A stretch of DNA of 64,000 bases from Escherichia phage ECO340P2: the sequence record OP172792. One strand, given 5' to 3'. The stretch's first letter is position 1; every line of letters begins with the position of its first letter. The position numbers and the translations under genes are program-made. The notes under the pieces are model-generated. The model was given only the letters and a program-made list of their open reading frames with translations. It made no database searches and had not been told where the DNA came from. This document shows, piece after piece, positions 35,517-46,596 of the stretch.

Positions 35517-38282
35517 TTATTTACTTTCCAGGGTTGCAAGTCTTTCTTCAAGAGCTTTTAACTTTTTACGTTGATAAGCCATCTCAATAAAAAACATTTG
35601 GTCAGCGCGGATACCCCATCGCGATCCTGCTGGAATTATTTCGATAGTTTCTACAACATCTTCTACGATTGTTACTGGATTACCTTCTTCATCAATTACA
35701 ACATTCCCTTCATCATCAAATAAAGGGATTTCTTTTTGTCCCGTAACAACACTATCGTACATAGCAGGGTATTCATCATAACACAGAAAAGCATACTTAC
35801 AATCAGTGCTATTTTCATCCATTAAACCATAATTAATCAGAATATCTCTTACATCTTGAGCTATAACACCAAAATGAATACGCGCAGAATCTCCTTTCTC
35901 CGCGACAGCACTAAGCCATTGGTAAGAGATTACATGAATATCTTCCCATGCTTTCAGTAAAATATCTTCAATCTCTGTAGGTTTAGTTTTTAATGTTCCA
36001 TCCGAAGTATTAATGGTTCCTGTAGATGCGTACACTTCTGACCATCTGTTAGACGCACCGCCTAATGCAACTTGTCCATCTAAATACGGCATGAAATTAT
36101 TTTGGGTATATGCTCCTCCTGGGGCATATAAAACTGCTCTGTTTGGATACGTATGGTTTGAACCATATAGTTGTAATAGCGATCCATCCGTAACGTAAGG
36201 AGTTTCTCCTCCACATAGGATTAGTCGCTGTTCAGAAGGATTTTTTATTGGGACATTTTTTGCAACAACCCCATAATCACCGTCTAATTTTATTCTAACG
36301 GCAGATTGTTGCGTCCCATCATGCTCAAGGCCAGTAACTGTTAAAGAGTATACTTGTACATCATTATCAAAAGTTACAGGGGCTGAGACATGCCTTACCC
36401 CATCTGTACCCATAGATACAGGCAACGTACGGTTTGGCGTAGCTCCATATTTGAAATCACGTGATACAAAATCATGTTCGGTAATCTTTAGTCTATAACT
36501 ATATAAATCGGCTGGATGACCATCATGCTTGTACCATAATTTTTTACTATTATCTCCAATAGACCAAGGAGATAAGAAATCTTCGCCTCCAAAGATATAA
36601 TATAACCAACCATCTTTAACACATACCGAACCAACACCACATGCAGAATTAACAATATGCCCTTGATACATCTGATCAGTGATATTAAACCATTGAACAT
36701 CGGATAAAGATGTAGGCCATGAAGATACATTAATCTTGCACATAAACGTTCGAGGATACGTGCCTTTATATCTATTATCTAGTTCTTCTCCTTCCCATTC
36801 TCCGAATGAACGTTCTGTACCAAAGATATAAAGGTAGTTACCAACTTTTGCAAATGGTAAGTTTGTATGATGAACGTTGTTAGGGAATCTTAAGTAATTC
36901 CAGTTTTCTCCAAGGTCGGTACTCATTGCTAATGTAGAACCAGCAGCAGAAGTTGAAGTACCTCTAGTAGTTAAATATAAAATTCCATCATAATATTTAA
37001 TGCAGGGTTCTGCTGCATTGTCAGCATATTCTTGACTAATTGTTCTACGAGTAAAAGAACTTGGGTCAGAGTAAGCATTATTGAAATACAAAATACCTAA
37101 TCTTCTTGGGGAAACATCACCATTGTGATAACCAACAGCAAAAGTGTAATTATCATCATCTATAACTGTAAAACTATGGGTTTCTGTAACACATAAATCT
37201 GCATTAGTAGAATAGGCAACATCTGGTAATTCTGTAATTTCCCAAGGGCTATCCCAGAAACGTGTTCCAAAATGCCAAGTAGTTCCTGTATTATCTATAT
37301 TAGATGTGGCAGCACTCGCTAATGTAACAGTAAATGTATCCTTGTTAATTACAGATGCAACAGTCATATTTCCAGATACGCCAGTTGCACCTGAATTGGA
37401 AAAGTTAACAGCATCTCCAACTTTAAGACCATGCTTTTCTAAAACAATTGTCGCTGTAGTAGACCCAGAACTAATTGTTATGCCTCCAGTTGGCCTTCTA
37501 TAATAAGGCATTGGACGTGACCAAAGTTCTGCTTTCTTCAATCGCATGTTAGATAAGTAACGGGTTTCGATCACTGCATATAAGCGATTACCACATACAC
37601 CCATACTCATACAATGATAGTTAACTTTGTTTGCTGAAGAGGCATTATAATCAGGATGAATTGGAGTTAACCATTCTGGCATAGACCAAGTTTGTCCATC
37701 ATCTCCTGATTTAACCCACGCTACATGGAGGTTTTGTACACCATGACGTTCGCCAGCCATAAATGGTGCATATATAACATTGTCATAAACAAACGTCTTA
37801 TCTTGCGTCCAAGCATTGTAAAATGGTGTATCCGTAATTTTTGTCAGATTTCCATCGAAGAAACCCGCAGATACGTAAGTAAGGGGTTGTCCAACAATAC
37901 GCTCATAAACAAAAGCGGCGTTTTTAAACTTGCTTATATCTGGTAGTGTTGTAACCTTGAAAGTGAGATTACGCCCATCAACAATCCATCCATCAGGCAT
38001 AGCAGCAAGAAGCTGTGTTATGGCATTAGTATCGTCTGTTGCTCCGTCACCTACTGCTCCCCATCCTCTAGGATCACCTTCATCTCTCCAACGTGACATT
38101 TGAAGTTCTGGATACTTGGTAGCACCATCTGTATCTTTCAACTGGGTGGCTAAAACCACCCCAGTGTCAGTAAGAAAGTTGGAAACTGTGCTTTTAACAG
38201 TCTTATCAGGTTGGTCTAAAACCAGGTAATCAGAAGCATTAACTTTTGATGTTTCGGGTAAATTAGTAATTGTAGTTGACAT
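35517..38282 (-). CDS. Tail spike/fibre with C-terminal intramolecular-chaperone (peptidase S74-like) domain
   Basis: C-terminal GGASNRWSEVYASTGTINTSDG...ARIHFGVIAQDVRDIL resembles the autoproteolytic chaperone of endosialidase/L-shaped fibre proteins. Confidence 0.6.
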   Translation of the reverse strand: MSTTITNLPETSKVNASDYLVLDQPDKTVKSTVSNFLTDTGVVLATQLKDTDGATKYPELQMSRWRDEGDPRGWGAVGDGATDDTNAITQLLAAMPDGWIVDGRNLTFKVTTLPDISKFKNAAFVYERIVGQPLTYVSAGFFDGNLTKITDTPFYNAWTQDKTFVYDNVIYAPFMAGERHGVQNLHVAWVKSGDDGQTWSMPEWLTPIHPDYNASSANKVNYHCMSMGVCGNRLYAVIETRYLSNMRLKKAELWSRPMPYYRRPTGGITISSGSTTATIVLEKHGLKVGDAVNFSNSGATGVSGNMTVASVINKDTFTVTLASAATSNIDNTGTTWHFGTRFWDSPWEITELPDVAYSTNADLCVTETHSFTVIDDDNYTFAVGYHNGDVSPRRLGILYFNNAYSDPSSFTRRTISQEYADNAAEPCIKYYDGILYLTTRGTSTSAAGSTLAMSTDLGENWNYLRFPNNVHHTNLPFAKVGNYLYIFGTERSFGEWEGEELDNRYKGTYPRTFMCKINVSSWPTSLSDVQWFNITDQMYQGHIVNSACGVGSVCVKDGWLYYIFGGEDFLSPWSIGDNSKKLWYKHDGHPADLYSYRLKITEHDFVSRDFKYGATPNRTLPVSMGTDGVRHVSAPVTFDNDVQVYSLTVTGLEHDGTQQSAVRIKLDGDYGVVAKNVPIKNPSEQRLILCGGETPYVTDGSLLQLYGSNHTYPNRAVLYAPGGAYTQNNFMPYLDGQVALGGASNRWSEVYASTGTINTSDGTLKTKPTEIEDILLKAWEDIHVISYQWLSAVAEKGDSARIHFGVIAQDVRDILINYGLMDENSTDCKYAFLCYDEYPAMYDSVVTGQKEIPLFDDEGNVVIDEEGNPVTIVEDVVETIEIIPAGSRWGIRADQMFFIEMAYQRKKLKALEERLATLESK

Positions 38283-38290
38283 TTTTACTC

Positions 38291-40444
38291 CTATATATAA
38301 AATTTTTGTGTTGTTACTAAATCTTCTCCAGATTTAGTAGCTAATGTAATTCCACTTATGGTAGCAATCTCAACATTTGCTTGTTTAAGATTGATATCTT
38401 GCAAATAACAATTCAAAGGCACATTACCCATATAGAAAACTTGGGATTGAGAGTTAACTACCGTAATGGAATCGTGCATTATTTGAGGATAGGCCCATAT
38501 ATATTGTGTAAGTCCGTTAAACTTGTTGGCGTTCAACACTATATTACCTATAATCATTTTCCAAAGATACGTGCGGTAGTTTGATTCAGGATCGAAGCCA
38601 TACAAAGGCGCAAGAGTAGCATCTGGAACAAAACCTGAAAGATAGTGAATATCAGAATATTCAAAACCTAATTTTTCATGTGGTATGGTAATTGCATCAA
38701 ATGCTTTCATCATCTTACCTTCCAGAAGCCAGTCGTAACACTCTGAACAGTAAAAATCAAAAGCTTCAGGAATGTAGTAATCAGACGGAAAGTTAACTTT
38801 CTCCATCAAACCGTTGCCGATAATCGATGGTAAGAACGGAAGCAATGTTACTTTAGCTCCTGGGTAAGATGCTCTAGTATCTGTTGCAAACTTTGTAACT
38901 CTTAATCCTAGTTTACGAGACAAAAACGCATAATATTCGTCAAACGGCGTTCCTGTTTTATAATTATCTATTGTTCCTGCATCTTGTGCAAATAAGCCAG
39001 TTTCTGTGTTGAATGCCAGTTTGGTAGTGTAATCGTATATGCAAGGCATTTTACTTGCTGTATTATACCACCACCAAGGTTCACCAATTTGAATGACGAC
39101 TGGAATATTGTTAGCTTGAGAAATAGATGCTATTTTGTTAATAACATTTTGCAAATATTCCATGCCTTCGTCAATAGTTGGAGACAACACGTAACTAGGA
39201 GGCTTATACCCTGTTGCTGCAAGAGCATCGTTCCAATCATGCTGGACCCATTCAACAGGACAAACTGTGCTCATCAACTCAAAACTTAAAGAGTTCATTA
39301 TTGTGTAACCCTTCTCGTTCGCTATAGAATGGAAACTATTTAGCCAAGCTTCTGTAGCTGGATTCAGGAAGACAGATCTATTTAAAGCCCAAGATGTTCC
39401 GTTCCATGAGAACTCATAATAGTGAGACATTCCGTTGTAATGGTTAATCATTCCACGATAACCTAGTGCATATGTATTATAAATAACTCTCTCTGGAGTC
39501 AGGTTATACATATCATCATAAGATGTGCACATGCGAATATCATGTTCAGGCTGGACAAGGTTGCTGACTTTCATCATACTATAACCAGAGGTAGGTTCAA
39601 GAAGAGTGAAAGTAAACCAAGCCTCTTGACTGCCAATAGGTACAACCTCTTCTATTTCTTCATACCTTGCTGTAATCAAAGAGAAGAAAATATTATCTAC
39701 AGCACTCATATCCAAAGGAATATCATTATTAGGGCCAGAAAAGATATTACCAAAATCTAACTTTATTGTGGCTGTTTTACCATCTTCTGAAATATCTGAA
39801 GCGTAGAATCCTAAACTGACATAATGAACACTTTTATCCAGGAGAGTTACAGTCAAAGTCGGCACCAAAGGTTCTTCTTTAAAACCTGGCATGTTTTGAC
39901 TAATTTCCATTTTAAACCAAAGTTTCTCTGAACTTAAATCTGTGTGAGGCAAATACCCAACACCTTTATGATCATATTTGTCAACTGTACTCCAGATAAC
40001 CCCTGCCAAACCTGCTGTTGTTCTGTTTACAAATCTTGCAGTAAAAGAGTCTCCATGAGATACAATAGAACAACTTTCCGTTGCTTGAGAATCTATTGTC
40101 CAATACATAGGAGAGAACATTTTAACGTCTTTTGTAGTCCAAGTTATTGGAGTAGTATTTTCTTGGATAGTAGTTATAATACAATTGATGGTTGTTTCAA
40201 CCATCATGTTATTTTGACTAATCCCTGAAACTTGGAGGGAGAAGTTAAGATCTATTGAGTTCTTTGGTCGTTCAAATACTTCAACCACAATAGTAGCAGA
40301 ATCAGCATCATCAGGGAACACAAGTGTTCCCGATTTTGCAATATAATCTCTACCAGCGACTGCTGTTCCGTCAACAGTCGTGTAGTTAAATGAACTCGCA
40401 TTTACTCTCTTGTCTCGCGTGACAGTAAATATAGCTTGTTTCAT
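38291..40444 (-). CDS. Large tail-associated protein with N-terminal Calx-beta-like domain
   Basis: N-terminal VNASSFNYTTVDGTAVAGRDYIAKSGTLVFPDDADSATIVVEVFERP fits the Calx-beta signature; remainder unassigned. Confidence 0.45.
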   Translation of the reverse strand: MKQAIFTVTRDKRVNASSFNYTTVDGTAVAGRDYIAKSGTLVFPDDADSATIVVEVFERPKNSIDLNFSLQVSGISQNNMMVETTINCIITTIQENTTPITWTTKDVKMFSPMYWTIDSQATESCSIVSHGDSFTARFVNRTTAGLAGVIWSTVDKYDHKGVGYLPHTDLSSEKLWFKMEISQNMPGFKEEPLVPTLTVTLLDKSVHYVSLGFYASDISEDGKTATIKLDFGNIFSGPNNDIPLDMSAVDNIFFSLITARYEEIEEVVPIGSQEAWFTFTLLEPTSGYSMMKVSNLVQPEHDIRMCTSYDDMYNLTPERVIYNTYALGYRGMINHYNGMSHYYEFSWNGTSWALNRSVFLNPATEAWLNSFHSIANEKGYTIMNSLSFELMSTVCPVEWVQHDWNDALAATGYKPPSYVLSPTIDEGMEYLQNVINKIASISQANNIPVVIQIGEPWWWYNTASKMPCIYDYTTKLAFNTETGLFAQDAGTIDNYKTGTPFDEYYAFLSRKLGLRVTKFATDTRASYPGAKVTLLPFLPSIIGNGLMEKVNFPSDYYIPEAFDFYCSECYDWLLEGKMMKAFDAITIPHEKLGFEYSDIHYLSGFVPDATLAPLYGFDPESNYRTYLWKMIIGNIVLNANKFNGLTQYIWAYPQIMHDSITVVNSQSQVFYMGNVPLNCYLQDINLKQANVEIATISGITLATKSGEDLVTTQKFYI

Positions 40445-40452
40445 TTTACCCC

Positions 40453-43329
40453 TTACTCGGTAACGTCCACACTAATGTTTGCCATTGTCAAAACAGTAAG
40501 TGCAGGAATATTGCTCGAATCCAAAACAGGTAATGCATTTTGGGGATTAAGTTTTTTGTATAAAGCATACAACCCAAAACCACGTAACAACTCTCCAGCG
40601 TGGAAGCCAAAGAAGACTCCGTTATCACTGTCTGGTCTAGGAGCAGCACTCCAACAACCATTCATAACGTGATTAGGACCAAGAACAATATAGTTTTCCT
40701 GAATAAGTTCAAAACAGCGGTCTGCTACTATTTTAATGTTAGGGATTTCTGAATCATATCCAGCCATCCCCATTATAGCACATCCCGCCATAAAGAGCGC
40801 AGACATGTGACTTGTAAAGTCATCTACAGGCGCAGCCACTTCTCCGTTGGGATAAAATATTGTTGGTGTTCTTCCTTCGTTGTTATCTTGGAACCACTTC
40901 AGGTAGTTGATCCAGTTTTTACAAACTGTTAAAAGTTTTTCAGGAACTTCGGCTCCTCGTCGCTTTAGTTCGTATACCGTATGACACGCACAGAAGAATG
41001 CTCGTGCTTCATAACCATCCCAAGCTTTATCGTTCCAATGATACATTGTGAACTCATTTTTGTTTCCATATTTATGAGCATCCCAACGATCCCAAACATA
41101 AGCTTGTGCCATTGGCCCAGGCATTACAGGGGCAAACTTATTATAAAACCACATTTGTGAATCATATAAAAAGTCTATACTGTTGTTCATACGAACCCAG
41201 TCAATATCTCTCCCTTTAAAACAATATAAGGATGGGTATTGATAACCTGGGTAAGGAATACCACGCCAACCGTCATATAATGCTGTGTTAGGATCACTAA
41301 TATTGGAAAATGGAATGATTCCTGGAGTATAATTCAAACTGTCAAGTTTGTAGTCCAGTATTGTACAATCTCCAAGTTTTGCTGTATAAGGATTTTCAGA
41401 TGAAACTGTAACCCTGAAATACATTGTGTAATCATCACCAGCGGCTGAAGAATACAAAGATGGGATATCGTTAACACAATAAAAATCGATTGCCCCTGTC
41501 AAGCCATTTGCAGGTTCAGAATCCAATGCAATGTTGATCTGATCAACAGCAGTCAGGTTTATTGACGAAGGTTTTGTCTCTGTGTCGTTATGATTGGGTT
41601 GCCAAGTGCTTAATTTGAAATCAGCAGGACTTAAAGCTTTAGTAACCCATGTAGAATTTGTTTTTTCTAACATGGCCCACCATCTCCAACCTGCGGAATC
41701 CGTAATAGTGATGTTAAAATCATCTGCGTATGAACGATATGTAATAGATTTTAAATTGGCTGTTTTAGTTGGTGTTAACCAAAACCCAACAGTAAAACCA
41801 CCATCTGAATCCATATTAGCAGAAACTATCTGATCACTATTTGTCCCAGCAATACCAGTTGCATATTTATATTGTATCACAGTATTGCTTCCCCAGTCAA
41901 CAATGATTCTAGGTTCAGCAATAATATATACACCGCCTCCAGGAGGTTCAGTGCGCATAAAACTGGATAAAGGTATATCCATCTTAGTCATATTAGCTGC
42001 ACCAAGAGGTAAGCCACAACGATATGTAACTGTATCTGTTTCACTCTTAGTTTTGCTTAATTCTAACTCTGGACGGAAAAGAACACCTTCCCCTGCATCA
42101 TCTACACCTTGAAACTCAATACGAAGTTTTGAATTCTGATCCACTCTGAACCAAACTGCCTGTTGTTCTAGAGTTGTTTGTGCTGAAACATCTTGGCGAA
42201 TTACTGTGTATCCTAATTCGTCACGAGAATATTTAGGTATTGCTGTAGATGGGTATGAGTAATCATACGAGATACCATCTGTAAAAGGAATTATTGCTGT
42301 CGTAGATCTACGGAAGAATTTATCAAACATATCTATGTTTGAGTAGTCTTGACACAACAATAAAGAAGATTGCCAGCAAAGCCAGTATTTTCTCTCTCCT
42401 GTGATCTGATACATCAAGTAGTTTGCATCACACCACCACGTTTCAGCATCGGAAGCATTATCTTGATAACCTAACTCTACCGGAACGTTTACAGGACGGT
42501 TATGCCACATCTCATTACGCTTAAGAAGATACCCACCGTGTTCTACAGGATTGCATGTAGCGTAGTTGAATTTATAGTCCCCGTTCACAGAAGCATTTTT
42601 AAGTTGCACTGTTCCATATTCTGCGAAGCTGTGCCCTGTAGATAAAATGTTACCGTCCCAATCAACTTTACGTCCTAGACGATCTATAATCCATTCAACG
42701 TCCCACTGATCTCCATATTCTTTCCAGTTGGTTGAACCATCTGGGTTAGTTGCATAAACTGTTGCGTTAACGGAGTTCCAACCAAGATTGCCATTGAAAG
42801 CAAACCAAGCTTTATCTAAGTATTCCCCCCAATGCGGTGCACCTTTAGGAATAACAGTCCTTCCGTTAATCCAAGTCATCATGCTACCTTTGAACCCGCC
42901 GTGCGTAGGATACCCATCATCTGTGAGAGGGTAATGTGCTAAACGTGGTTCTTTACCATTGATGATCCAGTTGGGACGATATTTAGCTGGAGGATCAGGG
43001 ATAGGTTGGCCCCCGAAGAAGTGATCTATATAGGCTTGCCAATACTTCTCGGCAGATTCAAGATATTTTTTATCCCCTGTAGCCAAATATGCATAAGCAA
43101 AACCAGTGATAAGCACAGATTGACCTTCGGTAGTAGCGTCACCGTTTGGTTGCCCTTCCTGCGCTGTCCAGTTAATAAAGTGTCTGTTGTTCGCCAATAC
43201 GTTTTGTGGGTTGATAATGTAATGCTGAACCGTAGGATCTATGGTAAGCCCAGTATTTCTTTCCAAAAACTGAACCAACCCTTCAATCAACTGAAACGTG
43301 TTGTCAATATTGTGCTTAACTCTTGACAT
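40453..43329 (-). CDS. Large tail-associated protein, possible glycan-degrading enzyme (tentative)
   Basis: 958 aa, W/Y-rich and enzyme-like; fold not determined. Confidence 0.35.
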   Translation of the reverse strand: MSRVKHNIDNTFQLIEGLVQFLERNTGLTIDPTVQHYIINPQNVLANNRHFINWTAQEGQPNGDATTEGQSVLITGFAYAYLATGDKKYLESAEKYWQAYIDHFFGGQPIPDPPAKYRPNWIINGKEPRLAHYPLTDDGYPTHGGFKGSMMTWINGRTVIPKGAPHWGEYLDKAWFAFNGNLGWNSVNATVYATNPDGSTNWKEYGDQWDVEWIIDRLGRKVDWDGNILSTGHSFAEYGTVQLKNASVNGDYKFNYATCNPVEHGGYLLKRNEMWHNRPVNVPVELGYQDNASDAETWWCDANYLMYQITGERKYWLCWQSSLLLCQDYSNIDMFDKFFRRSTTAIIPFTDGISYDYSYPSTAIPKYSRDELGYTVIRQDVSAQTTLEQQAVWFRVDQNSKLRIEFQGVDDAGEGVLFRPELELSKTKSETDTVTYRCGLPLGAANMTKMDIPLSSFMRTEPPGGGVYIIAEPRIIVDWGSNTVIQYKYATGIAGTNSDQIVSANMDSDGGFTVGFWLTPTKTANLKSITYRSYADDFNITITDSAGWRWWAMLEKTNSTWVTKALSPADFKLSTWQPNHNDTETKPSSINLTAVDQINIALDSEPANGLTGAIDFYCVNDIPSLYSSAAGDDYTMYFRVTVSSENPYTAKLGDCTILDYKLDSLNYTPGIIPFSNISDPNTALYDGWRGIPYPGYQYPSLYCFKGRDIDWVRMNNSIDFLYDSQMWFYNKFAPVMPGPMAQAYVWDRWDAHKYGNKNEFTMYHWNDKAWDGYEARAFFCACHTVYELKRRGAEVPEKLLTVCKNWINYLKWFQDNNEGRTPTIFYPNGEVAAPVDDFTSHMSALFMAGCAIMGMAGYDSEIPNIKIVADRCFELIQENYIVLGPNHVMNGCWSAAPRPDSDNGVFFGFHAGELLRGFGLYALYKKLNPQNALPVLDSSNIPALTVLTMANISVDVTE

Positions 43330-43802
43330 TAAATAACTCCTGCTAAAACTAAGCTACCTGTCCAAGTTGCACCATTATCATAACTGATAAACTCAAAAGT
43401 GTCTGTTGCACCTTGACGATAACTCAAAACTGGGGAACGACCAAAACTCCATTTTACAGAAGAAGGCCATACGACTTTATTTGCGCCACTTCCTTGACGC
43501 AAAGCTAAAGTAAAGTTTAAAACTGCATTCGTTGCTACTGGAATATTAGTAAAACTAACTGTGCATGTTGCAGAAGATAAAGTTGCCGAAAAATATTCTG
43601 CTGAACTAATATCTAATGCCAAGGTGCTAGTTACTGTTCCACGTGCATTTAAACGGTTTCTAGTTACCCCTGCACCACTCAACAGCACTTTCAAAGAAGT
43701 CTTCTTTGTTATTCCAGCCTGATCTGTTACAAAGAAATCTGTATCAGATACAGAGGTTGTTTGTGTAAGATCAGAAACTTTGATCGTAGTTAAATCTGCC
43801 AT
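43329..43802 (-). CDS. Baseplate/tail fibre-associated hypothetical protein
   Basis: ORF track; S/T-rich beta-like sequence in the baseplate cluster. Confidence 0.4.
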   Translation of the reverse strand: MADLTTIKVSDLTQTTSVSDTDFFVTDQAGITKKTSLKVLLSGAGVTRNRLNARGTVTSTLALDISSAEYFSATLSSATCTVSFTNIPVATNAVLNFTLALRQGSGANKVVWPSSVKWSFGRSPVLSYRQGATDTFEFISYDNGATWTGSLVLAGVI

Positions 43803-44425
43803 TATTCTACTCCTGTCATAGCTGTTATACCGAAATTATTGTTTGTAGCTAATGCATCACCTTTTTCGTTAACCATGATTCTTTCCCCTGCTGACTCTGT
43901 AGACCATTCATTCCACCAAGTAGAGTAGGTATCACGTGGCAAACCAACAAAGTTGATAAAGCGATAAAGTCTATTCGAATTCTCAACAATACTGTAAGCT
44001 TCACAAATGATCGCTGCATTGTCTTCACCAGCTTCAGGGTAAATAAACTCTTCAGAAGGTTGAGTATTGAATATGGATGTTACTGTATCTGCTCCAACTG
44101 TCACCATAACTGTCATTGAGTAATAACGTTGGTCCATGTCATAAGCAGATTTATAACTGTTTATTGTATCTATGTAAACGTTTTTGGCAATCTCCGCTAA
44201 AAATATTCTGTCTACAATATCTTTCTTTCTAGCAACACCAATAATCTCTTGTAAGTAAGGAACACCGAAGTTAGTATTTAAAAACCACTCTCCACGATAC
44301 GTGTTCAGAGTTATCCCAAGAGTTTGTGCTGCAATTTCTGTTCTGGTTGTGGTGAGGACCAAATCCCCATCGTCCATGATGAGGTCGTTGTTTGGTCCAA
44401 GCTTTAAGTCAAAAGGGATTCCCAT
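43802..44425 (-). CDS. Baseplate wedge protein (gp25/W-like, tentative)
   Basis: Directly downstream of the spike gene; assigned by position. Confidence 0.35.
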   Translation of the reverse strand: MGIPFDLKLGPNNDLIMDDGDLVLTTTRTEIAAQTLGITLNTYRGEWFLNTNFGVPYLQEIIGVARKKDIVDRIFLAEIAKNVYIDTINSYKSAYDMDQRYYSMTVMVTVGADTVTSIFNTQPSEEFIYPEAGEDNAAIICEAYSIVENSNRLYRFINFVGLPRDTYSTWWNEWSTESAGERIMVNEKGDALATNNNFGITAMTGVE

Positions 44426-44426
44426 G

Positions 44427-45161
44427 TTAGGCTCCTGTTGGTTTTAAGGACTCGGCACTTGAGTTACCGCTCTGAATGTTACGAACCGTGTGCGTGTGAG
44501 TATGGAATCCGATGCCATTGCCATCTGTCATCAAACCGTTCTGATCTATTTTAAGACCATTGATATCTGCCACGCCGCCTTTGAAAGTTAAATTACCACC
44601 TTTTAAATCCAAAGTCCCTGTGCCATCTGTAATAGTAATACCGGAGGTAGTAATATCTATTTTCATCCCTTGACTATTCCATATTGAAATATTACCTGTA
44701 GGGTCGAAAGAAGCGTACGTGTTTTTGTTATTAGAAATAACTACCTTTTCAGAATCTACAGCTTCTGTTGAATCTGTTCCTGTAGCTATTTTGGGAATAA
44801 AACAAATAGGGTATAATCCACAAGGCTGCATAAAAGTGGATGATGAAGAGGTTTCTCCACTAGTTTGCAGTGCATTAGAAGGATCTCTTTCAGAAAATAT
44901 AACAGTTCCTAAATCGCCAGCTTTAATAGGGAATGAGATTCTTCCTGTCCCACCCCCGTTAACCATAAAAGGAACATCTTCAAAAGTAGGGTAATCTATT
45001 TCATCTTCACTAGATCGTGTGTTTTTAACAATAGATTCTAAAGTGACAGTTTTAGCACCATAATTAACGCCAGTCACACGGACTGGCAGGGCTGTATGGA
45101 CTTCTGCTAATTGTTCTGTCATTAAGCCACGCATTGCTGTGACAAAATTTAATGCATCCAT
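44427..45161 (-). CDS. Baseplate central spike (gpV/gp45-like) with HxH apex motif
   Basis: C-terminal GIGFHTHTHTV provides the HxH motif typical of spike tips; downstream of hub-like gene. Confidence 0.5.
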   Translation of the reverse strand: MDALNFVTAMRGLMTEQLAEVHTALPVRVTGVNYGAKTVTLESIVKNTRSSEDEIDYPTFEDVPFMVNGGGTGRISFPIKAGDLGTVIFSERDPSNALQTSGETSSSSTFMQPCGLYPICFIPKIATGTDSTEAVDSEKVVISNNKNTYASFDPTGNISIWNSQGMKIDITTSGITITDGTGTLDLKGGNLTFKGGVADINGLKIDQNGLMTDGNGIGFHTHTHTVRNIQSGNSSAESLKPTGA

Positions 45162-46171
45162 TATTTCTCCTTAGTCATTATTTCAGACACGGATACACAC
45201 TCCACTTCAGTAACCCACTCTTTACCCTCTTTATCACCATTGTGAGAAACAGAAACAACTTTAAATGGACCATCATAATCTCGGCTTTTTAACCAGATTG
45301 TTTTTTCTGGTAATATTGCACCATTCATTTGGCATTTGAATTTAACACCATCTGTAGGTTTCTTTGCCTTCTTAGAGGACTTGGTAACTTTTTTAGTAGG
45401 TTTTATATCGTTGTGGAATGGTTCTGGGCTTCCTATCAGACCAGTTTCAGGGCTAATGTAGGCGCTACGTGCACTAGACATTTGTGAACGAGGAGTGACA
45501 TAAACAGATCCATCTTGTATTGACACATTGTGATCAATACTTTTACAAATATGTTCTAGGTAATGTGAAGTGTTTCCACACATAGCTGTTGCTGAGGATA
45601 AGGTTTGATCATTATCTACGTGTATATTACCTTCTGTAGTTCCTAAATCCTTTACCAAATCTGTCACAACACGTTTGATTTTAGTTCCTTTTGGATAACT
45701 GCGGCTTGTTCTTGCTTCTGCAATGTTAATACCGCCATCCAAACAGTGTAAAGTGGTTTTCCTGTCTACCGAGTCAAAAGTATCACTGACCCACTGGATA
45801 GTTCCTTTGAAGACCATAACCAACTCTTCACCTTCGTATCCTACCGCTAAAGCAACAGCCAAGTTATTTCGGATACCACGGTTTATATAGTTAACAGTAT
45901 CATCCGAAAGGTTATAAACTACAATCTCTGCTTGGTTAGGATCTTTGTTATTATCTTTCTTAATACTGAAGGTTATTTGATGGTCTTGCAACAAATACAA
46001 ATTAGAAGAGGATTTTTCTGTTGTCCCTAACTTGGTATCCAAATCTACTGTAGATTTAAATGCCGAGTTCTTAGTTCTCTTCTGTATTGTGTTTGTGGCA
46101 GAACCAATTAATAATTTGTATGCCCTGTTTAAATTAGGGGCAGGAGCTTTTGTATACTCTCTTTCTGCCAT
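45161..46171 (-). CDS. Baseplate hub protein (gpD/gpP-like, tentative)
   Basis: 336 aa, directly upstream of the spike gene; assigned by position. Confidence 0.4.
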   Translation of the reverse strand: MAEREYTKAPAPNLNRAYKLLIGSATNTIQKRTKNSAFKSTVDLDTKLGTTEKSSSNLYLLQDHQITFSIKKDNNKDPNQAEIVVYNLSDDTVNYINRGIRNNLAVALAVGYEGEELVMVFKGTIQWVSDTFDSVDRKTTLHCLDGGINIAEARTSRSYPKGTKIKRVVTDLVKDLGTTEGNIHVDNDQTLSSATAMCGNTSHYLEHICKSIDHNVSIQDGSVYVTPRSQMSSARSAYISPETGLIGSPEPFHNDIKPTKKVTKSSKKAKKPTDGVKFKCQMNGAILPEKTIWLKSRDYDGPFKVVSVSHNGDKEGKEWVTEVECVSVSEIMTKEK

Positions 46172-46180
46172 ATTATCTCC

Positions 46181-46594
46181 TTACGCCTGATTAGGTTTGT
46201 TATCAATATAAACCAATACAAAACGTTTATCTCGACCTGTAGTTGTATACCCAGGACGACCATTAATCTTAACTGTATCTACTATATACAATTGACCATC
46301 TGGCACACTTTCAAGATATTTATAAGGTTTAAGAAGATCTAAACCATTTGTAACTTTAAAACTTATACTTGGATCATCTCCAGATAATCCTATCTGACAT
46401 TGCCAAGACTCGTCCCTAGTGTTCCACCTTAAACGAATGTCATAATCAACTCCATCCAATGTAACTGTATATGTTTGATCAGGGTACTCTTCAGTTTTCA
46501 GATACCATGCAAAATAAGTAGAATGGTCCTCCAGATAAACCGCACTGTAGCCTGTATTACTTGTAGACCTTGTTGTTTTAGAATAAGTTGTCAC
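46181..46594 (-). CDS. Tail/baseplate hypothetical protein
   Basis: ORF track; between tape measure and hub genes. Confidence 0.4.
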   Translation of the reverse strand: MTTYSKTTRSTSNTGYSAVYLEDHSTYFAWYLKTEEYPDQTYTVTLDGVDYDIRLRWNTRDESWQCQIGLSGDDPSISFKVTNGLDLLKPYKYLESVPDGQLYIVDTVKINGRPGYTTTGRDKRFVLVYIDNKPNQA

Positions 46595-46596
46595 TA

